Origin: the human T2T-CHM13v2.0 reference genome, Homo sapiens
Direction: 5' to 3' (one strand)
DNA: 64,000 nt
Assembly (NCBI RefSeq): GCF_009914755.1
Contig: NC_060926.1
Position 1 is the stretch's first letter, and each line of letters begins with the position of its first letter. Positions 1 to 12,638 of this stretch are shown here, piece after piece. Position numbers and translations under genes: made by a program. The notes beneath the pieces were generated by a model. It was not told the DNA's origin and did no database searches. It saw only the letters and a program-made list of their open reading frames with translations.

Positions 1-490
1 GTATACTGAACTGTGATGAAAATCTATAGCTTTGTTTTAGAAAATTATTGTTGATGGACTATTAATATTATATTAACAATTTCTCAGTAAGTGTGTTTTT
101 TCCTCATTGAATCTAGGAATGCTGGGCTTTAAGTTGATAACTGTGTCATTTCAATCAAGTACAAGGATTTTGAGGCAGATTTTGCTAGATATCTTAGTAA
201 TCCCCCACAATGTTTTATGTAACTCTTCTCAGAATATCAATACATTAATTATTTTAGATGACATATTAAATAATCTATGAATATTAATGAAAACAATACA
301 GTTGAAGTGAGTGTTGTTTAACATGATAGTAGCTGAGGATAACAAACCTCAAAAAATCAAAGTATTAATTACTCCTTTCCAAGTATATGTATAGAGCATG
401 TGTCATTGCTTTTATAAAACGCACTTAATAGCTTTCTTTCTAAAAGGCAACTGAACTTTCTAAAAGGTAAATAAACTGAACTTGATATTA
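1..490 (+). other. G6PC2: Probable distal 3' UTR of G6PC2 with AATAAA at 470-475
   Basis: AT-rich noncoding sequence, AATAAA followed by a GT-rich tract; gene identity rests only on the known tail-to-tail G6PC2/ABCB11 order, no G6PC2 coding sequence is visible. Confidence 0.55.
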
Positions 491-1781
491 GTGGTTCGGT
501 GATTCCAAAGCAAAAAGCTGAGGGATTAAGAAAGAATAGTTTAAGAATGAAATTTGTCTCATGTTGCTGGGACATTTGGGATGAAAGAAGTAGAGAAGAA
601 TGATTCTTCAGGTGATGACCGTTGCTCATTGGTTCAGTCCCACCCTATGTCCCACCATGCTGTACCTTTAGATGCCTTCACATTTCATGATACATTTGTG
701 TCATTACATCTTCCACACATCAGAGATCTCATTCCTGTCTAAAAGCCCTTTGCCAAATTTCACATAAGATAATGTTAGTCTTGAAGGATTCTGGTACATC
801 CCCTTCATCCTAGTACAATCTCAGCCTGCTTTCAGCAAGGCCTGAGGAAACCGGCATTAATAGCCAGGGAATTCTGCAGCAATGATTGACTCTACCATAA
901 ATCCGTTCTCCGTTTCCATGGAGAAAGCTATCTTCAGCCACCCCATGGTGCTGTCTGTTGGGCAACACATTACCCTCAGAGGGGACTGGGATGAAGTGTG
1001 GGCTTGTTTTCTATAATTAATCCCCAAGAACTCTGCCCCTATCTTCCATAAAAACCCCAGAGTCCCCATGGGAGTAGATTTCCCTCTTTATTCTAGTTGA
1101 AGTCTCCTGGAGGGATCCATATGGTGGTAAATTGTTTTTGCAATTGAAACGCCTTAGGCAGCAAGAGGAATCGTTTTTCACAGCCTTGGAGAAAATGCCT
1201 GCCCTTAATAATGATGGAAAAGACTCTTCTGTTTCCAATTTATTTGTCAGAAGTAAGTGGAATTGAGCTCATTAAATACTGTTACTATAACCATATATTC
1301 AAAATGTCTACCTATCTACATATTCAGGAGAAAAATGTCAATACCATGAGCTTTTAGGATGAGAAAATCTAGACAAGAAAATCTGACTCAAGAGAAAATC
1401 TGACTCAAGAAACTGTCCAATCAAACCTACATTTGGAAAAAAAATACAAAATAATTTATTATTGCTGAAACTAGCTATCAGGAAGAATATTAGTTCCTTT
1501 CCTTTGACAACCTATTGATTGGACATCTGCCTAAGAAGGTTAAGTTGGTGCCTTCTTTAGACATATTTCATTATAAAACAGATGGTGATTAAAAGAATTG
1601 TTATAAGATGTCCTTGAAACTAAAAGTCAAATGTTGAAATGCTTTACATTTTTTCAAAATTTTTAAATAAATTCAAGATCAAATTGGTACATACATACAA
1701 AAATCTTGGTTTAAGAAAAAGTCAAGTGACTTGGTTCTAAAAATGAGATTCTTTTCTTAAGTATTTTAAAACTGTATATTC

Positions 1782-2291
<510 letters not shown>

Positions 2292-3439
2292 ATCAAGTCT
2301 CACAGTGATTTTCCTTGAAAATAAAACCCAAGTATTTTGTATATTGTCACTTTTGCCATGTTCCTGTGAGACAACATGAATCAGCGTTAACGGCTCTAAG
2401 AAGTTAACAGATATTGCTGCATTTTCCAAAGGGACCCTCTGCAGACCTGGATTCTCTCTCTGCAGCTCCCTTCTCTCTCATTCTGTCCTGTGAGCAATAG
2501 CCGCCTTGGTGTCCCTGGACTCTCAGCTCTGTTGCCTGGAATCAGAGAGTCTGGGTTCACCCTCCCTGCACCATGTTCTGGAAACCCTCTAAGGTACACA
2601 ATACTAGCGGGGAGCTTTACCCAGTCCATGACCACATTCTGGATGGCTGGTTGGCTTTCTGACGAAGCCTCCCTGCTTCTCTGGGTCTAGCACACATCAA
2701 TGCCCAACACCTGTACTTCTGTGGCTATTCATAAAGTCTTCCAAAAAGGACCGCTCGTGTCCAGTTGCCCCTGAGGATTTTGCCCTCATTGATGGGCTGT
2801 CCTAGGCACTTTGGAAATGGCAAACAGCTTCTAGGATGAATTTCTAGATCTCAATATTGCCAGGAAACTAAAATGGGGGTCTAACTTTTCCCCTCCCCTT
2901 ACTTCGAATGCTTTCAGATGGTGATTTCACTCTGAAGGTAATGTGGTGCCATTTGCCAATTGTTAAAAGTCTATTTTTTTAAAGTTAACAGTAGAAAAGA
3001 TCTATAAGAAGCAACGACTCCAGAAATTTCTGCCAAATGACAGAAATTCACGAGAAGATTCTAAGACTTAGAAGTGCTTCATTTTCGGCTCTGTAAAGGA
3101 CGAATGCAGTTTATGCCAAATTTGAGGCAGGTCTGGTGTGGAGTACTAATTACTGTCTGCTATCCTTTGAGGGAGAGCACAGTAATGACTCAGATGAAAT
3201 CACTTCTCATTTCTTTTGGCAGCATAGAAGTAATTGCTCTAAAGGAGGGGAAAAGCTTCAACGATTAAGGTTATAAAAGTTAGCATAAAACCGATTGTCT
3301 TCTGTTCTGAATTTTTAAATTTCTTAGTTTTTCTTTTTTTCTAATGTTTTGCCATGTGATTTCTGAAGAGAATCTGTCCTCAGTTCAAAAACCATGATAT
3401 TTCCCCAAAGAACAATATGTTCTGAAGGAGCTGCCAGGA

Positions 3440-3870
3440 CAGGGGCAGGTAATGAGTGAAGGCAGCAGCTGCGGTCCCGCCGAACGGGACTCCTGGCGCA
3501 GCGCGGGGAGGAACGTAGGCGCTGGCAGCACAGCAGCCCGTTTCTGGCGCTGGCCAAGTGGAAACTGAAGCGGCCTCCCTGGGAGGATCTGGGTGCGCTG
3601 CAGGGGGAGCAGGCCATCTGTGTGCCTGGAAAAGAAACCCAGCACTACCGAAGACAAAGAAGAGCTTCTTTACTCTCGCACTCACCTACCCCTGTACGTC
3701 AACTGAGCCGATCACACTCTAATTCCTGTTCAAAGAGTTGGCTTTTTCCAGGATTCAGGCTTTGTCTGATGAACAGCATGGACCGGATTGTCATCTGTGC
3801 TCATACATCCTGCTGCTAATAGAAGATGGGCACTATCTTCCACCCGCCCCGCCCCGCCCCGCCCCCTTGC
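3440..3870. promoter_or_regulatory. Small CpG-rich region with tandem GC boxes, candidate promoter
   Basis: Dense non-Alu CpGs at 3470-3600; (CCCCG)n SP/KLF boxes at 3843-3866; consensus minus-strand donor AG|GTGAGT at 3686/3685. Confidence 0.65.
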
Positions 3871-4043
3871 CTCCAGGCTCAGTAATTCTGCATCAAAAAC
3901 ATTTCTACATAATCATTCCTTTCTTTTTTTTTTTAAGCAATTGTTCAAATAAAAAAATGGTAGAGCTCTTGCTATATTTCTAGATGAAAACTGCATTGAC
4001 TTAACAAAATAAAAATAAATGTTCCTGTCTGAGTTTTGGAGAT

Positions 4044-4079
4044 GTGTGTGTGTGTGTGTGTGTGTGCGTGTGTGTGTGT
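4044..4079. repeat. (TG)n microsatellite
   Basis: About 17 TG units with one CG interruption. Confidence 0.95.
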
Positions 4080-7000
4080 ATCTTATTCTCTTAGCTTTGG
4101 AATGCTGATGCCCTGCTCACCCTGGCCAAGCAAGAGGTTGCGCCACAGGTCCACATGTGGATCCCAGAGGAAGTCAGAATGCAGGTAGGCAGGTGCCAGG
4201 AAATTCAAAGGCAGATCGATGTACAAAGGCCTTCGTGGAGTTTAGCAACCAGCATCCTGGACTGGAGTCATCAGAACTACATTCTAGCCTGGCCCTGCAT
4301 CTAACCACTAAAACTCCAGAAGGCCATTTAGTGTTGGTGGCCTCAGTTTACCCAGTTCTCAACTGAGGAGTTTAGTATGGGGTTAAAATGGAAGGTTCAT
4401 TCACGGTGTGATATTCTTCAACTCTGAGGGTCTCATTCAGTCCAACATATTGTGCTTTGTCTCTCCAACCAGCTCCTCTATTTTGTTTGCTCTTTGTGAA
4501 GCACTATCTTCACAGAAGGCTTTCAGATGTATTGTTAATTTTTTTGTGAAGTGGAGCAAGAAGGTGATAAGACCCTGGCTAATGTGTTTTGATACTGTTT
4601 TAATTTTAGTTACATGCAATGAACAAGGCTATAACTTCTACAAAGCACTCTGTTTTGAAATGTGCTACTTTATTAAACAATTTTGGACCAGTCTTTAAAA
4701 CATTCGATTCTAATTAGAATCTGAATTTTATAGCAATAAAAAAGTACATGGAGAGATAATTTAACTGATGTTATGGGGCAAAATTATTAACGTGAGAATA
4801 GCCATAGACTTCCTGCTATGCTATCTTGCAACAGAAATCCTATAATTAAATTCCAACTCCAGTTCCCCTTTCTCAACATCCTAAAGAAGAAATTCTTGCT
4901 GGAAGAGATACTAAGCAGATCACATAATAATAGGCTGAATGAGAAGAAAGGAAGGAGAGGGAAACTTGGCTTTGTGGGAGGTAAGGTTGGAGAGCTTACA
5001 TGACGGAGCTGAATGAGGAAAGTGACTAGAGTTTTGACACAGCATTTTAGTAAGTTTATTGTGGAGTAATTACGGATTTCTCAAAGACATAAAGATAAAA
5101 TTTACTTTTTAATTTTTTATGGCTGTTGAAATGTGCTTCCTGAATGAAACACAACTCTGACACCAAGTTACATGATGCCAGGCTTTTTGAGGATGAACAA
5201 AATTAGAAATCCAGATCCAAAAAGCTTCTAAAATCTCCACGGACTTAACTAGGGCCCTTTCTGTCCATGCTTGTCTTTTAACTCACCCACCCACCAGACC
5301 AGAATGTATTAAATGCCTTCAGCTGCTGGAGATGCAAGGGTGAGTTCAATATAGGCTCTTCCCTGGGGGGAGGCCTCCATTGATTCTGGGCTCACTTGCA
5401 ACAGATCTGGGTGGACTCCAGGGATACCTCTGGCCTGTGGACTTGAAGAATTGGTTTGTGACTATTTCCAGCTATAAATTAACTGGGAACTTTACTCCCC
5501 ATTTCTTCTAACCCATCCTTTTTCAAATTCATCCTTTCTTGAACCACTTTTTCTTCCCACCTCTGGCATATCCTGTCAAAGGGATCTAGATTGTTCCCAG
5601 TCTAACATCAATTTTATCACGTGAAAGGATGAGAAAGCATATTCAAAAAACACTAAGTGCCTAAAGTAAAAGCTTCCTTCATTTAAAGCAGGGCATGTGC
5701 AATGTTCCAGGAAAGAAAGAGCTGCCAGGACACCCATCCAGTGATATCGTCTTTCCATGGCAGTGATACTAGGTAAAAAAGACCGATTCCTCCTTTCACT
5801 GAATATTTTTGGAATATCTCTAGATATAATGATCATATTTGAAGATCATTTAAGAATGCATTAATACTTCAATATTGTGTTATTTTCTTTATACTTACAT
5901 TTCAGGATTTTTATTAATAAAGATCTATTGAGTAAGATTGTATTAATTTTTAGTTAACAGCAACAACAACAACAACAAACACAATTACAAAAAAACTACT
6001 TCAGTGGCTTAAACAAGTGAGAGGTGTCTTTTTCTTCTGTAACAAGATGGGTGAAGGCAGGCAACCCAGGCTGAAGTAGCTGCACAAAGGATGTTCAGGA
6101 ATCAGGCTGAATATCTTCCTGCTCTGCCATCTGTGGTGTGTGGCTTTTGTCCAAGTGATCACAGCATGGCTGCTGTGCATTCAGGAAAGAAGAAAGGGGG
6201 AAGAGACTCAGGTTTTCTTTTACCCAGGCTTTATTCAGAAAGGGACAGCCTGCATAGGGCCTTGTGCCTATATTTCATTGACAAGACAATGTCACCTGGC
6301 CTTCATCTAGCTGCAAGGGAGTCTAGGAAGGTAAATATTTTGCTTTCCAGCCTCTGTAATAGAGGAAAGCAAAAGAAAAGCGTGTCGGATTGGGTGTCAA
6401 GAGAGACAACACCTGCCATAGTGACTTATCACCTACATAACAATGAATGCAACACTCAGCTGCATCTCTCCCTGCAGCCTGCCAAACTATTTTGCAGTAA
6501 CATGCTAAAACCATGAAGGCAAAATGCTTTATGAACATTATCAGGAAGTATATTTCAATGATTAAATTTTCACCTTCCAAGAAATGTTATTGAAACTCTG
6601 CTCATTTCTTACTTTGATTCTATACTTGAGATATGAAAAAGAAACCAAATACCACAAAGGTTTTATCTTTTTTGGTAATCTTGTATAATAATCATAGGCA
6701 CTTGTTCTCTGTCACCCTTAGCGAACATTTCCATTTCTATCTCCAGCTCTTCTGCTATCTCCAGCTCTCCTGTTCTCACATTTATTTTGTATTTGAGAGC
6801 AGGAGCTGTACCTGAATTACAGGAAGGAGGAAATTGCCAATTCACCAGCTGGCTCTGTATTTTTTCTTTTTACATAACACATTCTGTCCTAACTCCAATT
6901 TATTGGGTTGAGTAGTTGCATTCGGATAGCCACATGCCAATCACGAGTACCCTGATTACTCATTATGAGCCTCAGGATACCATACAACTCGCTAATGAGC

Positions 7001-8300
7001 ACATTATAATGCTGGCCAGTGCTAATTAGATGATAATCATGTGCATTGCTTTATTTACAGTCTGCTATTTAAATTAATTGGGCATTTAATTGAACCCAGT
7101 GTGAAAGAAATTGGAAATGGGTTTAGAGGTTCACTGAGTTACTTTCACCTGCCGTCTCACATGCAGGTGAGATCATTTACTTGATCTGTAAATTTAGAGC
7201 AAATCCAAGTGGACACAGTGCTCATTTTATGATGGTACACATGTATATGTAAATTTCTCTCCAAGTGTGTTTGAAAACAACCAAATTCTTAATTTTGTAT
7301 TTCCTCTAACATCCTTTTGTGCCTTGATTATGGAGAGATTTTGCATGCATAAGAAATATTTAATAAATCAAACCCTTAGTTGGAAATATGAGGTGGGATC
7401 CTAAACCAACATGATGAAACTGTTCTGATATTTTCTTACGATAAGAAACTGATATTTAATTATTGAATAAATATATGGCAAACTATACCTAATTATGATC
7501 CTATGTATTTTACACTTTCAGAATATAGTATTAAAATATTCCAGGACCTACATTTTAAAATGAGTGTATAATTGCCAAAAATTATAGGCACGGGGGCAGC
7601 ACCAAATTCAAAGAATCTTTTCATTGAAATAATTTCCTAAGGGCACATGTAGAGTACATTTAGAGTAACTATATAAAAAAGAGTTTTTGGACAAAAAAAC
7701 TAGAGGCCAATTTTTCTACCTTTTTTTTTCTCAAACAGTAGCATTTCTAATATATGGGCATCTCTTTCATGCAATTTTGAAATGGACCAAAATTAACTGA
7801 GAGCCTGTTTTCAAAATAAGTTGGAAGATGTGCTGCTTCAACTTTTCCTAAGAATTGTTCACAGAAAAAAATCATAAATGGTTCTTACAGATCAACTGGA
7901 AGAAAACTTGTTTTGGGAAGAGGTCCTCAGGAAGCTTAGCTAATATGACCATTTTTAATATCATACTGTATTTTGTTACACTAAACAATCTTAGTTATTT
8001 CACTTTTGTCAACTCACACTGGTGAATCAAATAAAATGTATGATGTAAAGCATTTTAACCACTTCTGATACAGGCCAGTGTAGCTCTATGACTTCTGACA
8101 TCAAAATGATTTGTTTGATTCCCCAAAGGTCTTTCTTGCATCCAAACTGACATCCTGCAAAACTGAAGTTTTGCAAAGTTTCTGAGTACAGTGTAAGGAC
8201 ACATTCCAATGGAGAAGCTGGGCTCATGTTTTTATAAGACTAGAATTGTAGAGACAACTGAGATTCAGACTAGAGAATTCATGAACCTGATATTCTAATT

Positions 8301-8615
8301 CTGTGTTGTCCAACATAGTAGCCACTAGTGGCTCTTGAGAACAGACGTTGACATAAGGCTGATTTGAGCTAACATGTGCTGTAAATGTAAATGCACCTCA
8401 GATTCTGAATATTTAGTAGATAATGTAAAAATCTCAGGATATTTTTGATTACATGTTGTGATGGCAATATTTTGGATATGTTGGGTTGAATAAAATATAC
8501 AATTAGCATAAATTTCACCTGTTTTTTTTCCACTTTTTTATGTGACTAGAAAATTTAAAATTACCTATGTGGCTCACATTAGTGGCCCATATTATATTTC
8601 TGTTGAAAGGCACTG
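8301..8615 (+). mobile_element. MER33-like hAT MITE
   Basis: Starts ctgtgttgtccaacatagtagccac, ends attatatttctgttgaaaggcactg. Confidence 0.6.
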
Positions 8616-10344
8616 CTCTGACCCACGGAAAGAATGGGCGTTTTCCACTTTTATTCCTTACGTGGGGGCTGACAAGTTATAAACTACCTGTGTGACTTTG
8701 AGAAGACTATTCAACAAGATGTATTGAGGTAGAACTTTATGCCAAGTACCGAGTAAAGCACTGGGGACATTAAGATGAACTAGGCAGTCTCTGCCCTCAA
8801 AGACCATCAATAGACATTTTAGTATATGCAGGGAGTTCTGGTCACACAGAGGACAAATGGCTGGAAATAAAAGTTACCAAAATTTGGCAGAAATTCTTCC
8901 AGATATCTTTTTATGCATACAAGTATGTACAAGCACACACCAAACACAGATACACACATAACAGATGCATGCATGTATGAGTGTGTGTGCATAGATGATT
9001 AGACAGATAGATAGCATCATACCATCTTTGATGATCAGAAATGGTTTTTTTCTGCACAATATAACATGGGCATTGCTCCACAAAAAACAATAAATGTAAG
9101 TCAACATCATTATTTTGGCTTCATGAAAAACATCATTGCATATATGTACCGAAACTTATTTGACCTTTACCCCATCGTCTTATTTATAGATTTGAGATTT
9201 TTTCCAAATGATTGTGAACAATGCAGGAAGAGAAAAGTGTGCTCACTTTTTGTGATTAGAAGTTTAAAATATATTCTGATAAATGGGATCTCTGGTGAAT
9301 CTATTTCTGGACTCCCTTCTGTTCTGGTGATGTATCTTTCAAATCTATAATAGTTTCAGTATCTATTGTTTTAATTTTTGTAACTGTACTGCATTTCTAT
9401 CCCCTTTTCATCTTAAACTTTATTTTTTTCAATGAAAGATATATATGTACATAAATCTTTTAGCAGTTTCTTTCAGTATTCACCTTCATCTTTTACAATA
9501 AGATGTTTTTATTGTAAAACATCTTATTTGTTTAAATGTTTAACTGTTTAGTTTCCATTATGAAATATGAGGACCACAAGGATCCAGTTCTTTTTTTACC
9601 CATGTCCTATCCCATCCCAACCTACCCCACATATTTTCTTGTTCCTTTCATAATCTATCTATAATTCTGCTTTAGATCAGTATTAAGCTTTTACATTGAT
9701 GTGACTTTGTAAATAACATTCTCAGATGAGTCATAAGGTAAAATAAAAATATATTTTCTTTTTGTGTAACTTTTCTTTCCACCTAGAGCTAATAGCTAAA
9801 AATCTCCAATCTCACTCTCTTTGTCTTCTATTACGCATTGCTAACTTACCCTCAAACTCTAGCAGGGGGTTCTGTCTTCTCTCAGCATTCAAACCCACCA
9901 GGCATTCTAGCAGCACCATGTTTTTCTGGGGGACATTCCTCTCAGAACCCATTTCCCTGCCTCAATCTAGCTGACTACTTCCTCTGGGTACAGCACACCT
10001 GTAATCCTGGGATCTCCTTCCTAATCATCCTGGAGATTCCCAGCACCTCATTCTTGAGTTAGGTCATCTGTTCTTACATCCCATATCTTCCTATTTTTTT
10101 TATCTGTGACCTTATTTTTTAAAAAAAAAGCCCCCTTTTGTGGCTTTCTGAGAAAAGATGGGGAGTAGAGGTGTTGAGACCTGCATGACTGAGAATGTCT
10201 TTAGACCTCTCTCATTCTTGAGAATAGCTTTGCTACATATAGAATGATTCCCCTTAGAATTTTGAAGGCAAATCTTTATGAATTTTAGTTTCATTGTCAA
10301 GAGGTCCTATGTCATTATAGTTCTTTTGTGTGTGTGTGTGTTTT

Positions 10345-10653
10345 GTTTTGTTTTTTGGTTTTTTGGTTTTGTTTTTTTTTGAGACAAGGTCTTGCTCTGT
10401 TGCCCAGGCTGGAGGGCAGTGGCGCGATGTTGGGTCACTGCAGCCTCAACCACCTGAACTCAAGCAATCACCCCACTTCAGCTTCCCGAGTGGCTCATGC
10501 CACCATGCCTGGCTAATTTTTGCTTTTCTTTTTTTGTTAGAAATGGGGTTTCGCCAGGTTGCCCAGGCTGGTCTTGTACTCCTGGGCTCAAGCAATCCTC
10601 TTGCCTCGGCCTCCTAAAGTGCTGGGATTACAGGCATGAGCCACTGTGCCCAG
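10345..10653 (-). mobile_element. Old Alu (J-like) within degraded L1 sequence
   Basis: Diverged reverse-complement Alu with a TTTTG/TG tail. Confidence 0.9.
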
Positions 10654-11255
10654 TCACATGATTATAATTCTTTATCGATTATATGTCACACATTCCTCCT
10701 TCTCTCCTGGAAAATATTCTCCTTTTCCCTCATTTTCTAAAATTTCATACTGTGCCCAAATAGGATTTTTATTTATTATATTCAGTATTGGGTGAACTCT
10801 TTCAGCTTGGAAGTTCATATTCTTCAATTGTAGGAAATGATCTTAGACTATTTTTTAAAATAGTCTAAATTTATTTTTTTAAATAAACTCTCTTGAACTA
10901 GACTATTGACTAATTATTGCACCACCTGAATTGTTACCCTCAATTTTTTCTTTTCTTATTTTTTCCTACTTTTCATCTCTATCTTTTTGTTTTACTTTCA
11001 GAGAAATTTCCCCAACTTTATCTTCCAATCCTTCTATTTTTTTTTTTTCCTGTTAACTTTTATTAACTGGGGTTATAAGGAGAGTCTGGTCACAACACAC
11101 ATTATGAAAACATTAGGAAATTACAGAAGGACTTGCAATAAGTTTAAACAGAACAAATTAAGCCAACCCCTTGGTCATCTGAGAAACAATAAGGTAAAAT
11201 TGCAGAGACCAAATCTTTGTCAGCGATAAAGGATACAGAATAAAAACGTAGACAT

Positions 11256-11274
11256 CATCGCCCCCTGGTGTTGT
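11256..11274 (-). promoter_or_regulatory. Candidate CTCF site
   Basis: Minus strand ACACCAGGGGGCGATG is close to the core CCASYAGRKGGCRS. Confidence 0.55.
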
Positions 11275-11294
11275 AAAATAAACATGCAATGTTA

Positions 11295-11304
11295 TTTATT
11301 TATT
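11295..11304 (-). terminator. Candidate polyadenylation signal for ABCB11
   Basis: + strand tttatttatt = two overlapping AATAAA on the minus strand. Confidence 0.55.
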
Positions 11305-12309
11305 CATTTTTGAAGTTGTAATCTTCTCCTTTGTCACTGAGCCTCAATTATTTCCCCAATTTCAAGCCCTCTTTAGACAATCTTTTCCCTGTCATCAATA
11401 ACTTTCAAGTATCTTATTTGAAAATATAATTTGTACTAATTCCTCTTTCAGACTCCATAAATTCCTTTCCAGGAAACTGGCCACCTCCCAGCACAAGAGC
11501 CTATGCTCTTGCTCTTTGAAATGCAAACCAAAACAAGAGCTTTAGTCTTTCATCAAAATTAGAGGATTAGCATGCATTTATTGCAAACCTTAATTTCCTC
11601 TAAAAGGCATCTTTACTCTGCAACTTACTCGTCATTGCCATTTTTCATAACCAGAATGCATTCCTTCACCGTCTGCCTCCTGACTTGGCAACCATCAAGA
11701 ATTCTGGCCTGACCAGTTAACTTGCTAAACCATCTTTGCTGTTATATACCAGGAAACACTGGAAAAGAGACATAAATAATATACCTCCATATCCTAGTGT
11801 CCTGGCTTAATTTATAGGCAGAATTTCGTTTGTTGGCTAAGGGAAGAAAAACCATCTACGTAGAGTGAGCTTGGGAGGAAGCTGGAGTAGGGAGAAAACA
11901 TGATGGCAGGATAGGTTGGTGGGAACCGTGGGTGCAGTCCTGCTCCCAAGGTTTTCATTTCTGTGACAAGAGCTCTTTTTTGTATGTTCACTTTTATTGA
12001 TTCCTGTTTTTATTTAAATAGATGGAAATATGTTCTCTTGACCCATTGAACACATTTATTACCATTTTTTGAGTGTTTTTCTAATCACTGCATTGGCTCT
12101 GTTACTTCTAATTTCCTTTCTCCAGCTGCCCTATTGTTGCTTTTGCTTTATATGTTAAAATACTTCCTCAGTGTCTGGTGGTCCTTGGAAGTCAATTCCC
12201 ATGCAAGGAGGAGACACCAAAAAGCCTGGGGAAGCTCTGATCGAGTGGGTGCTTGTTGGTTGACAGGTGGGCTTCATAGAAGGGTAATACGGCTGGAAAA
12301 TTTTCTTAG

Positions 12310-12638
<329 letters not shown>

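Noticed and set aside
857-1238. Minus-strand ORFs just downstream of G6PC2 as a pseudogene
   Set aside because: No recognisable homology, poly(A) tail or TSD
3324-3983. Overlapping ORFs in the CpG-rich region
   Set aside because: Expected from high GC content; no recognisable domain and mostly non-ATG starts
6091-6516. 141-aa + strand ORF
   Set aside because: Lies in probable old MLT1-type LTR sequence; no protein-like composition or splice context
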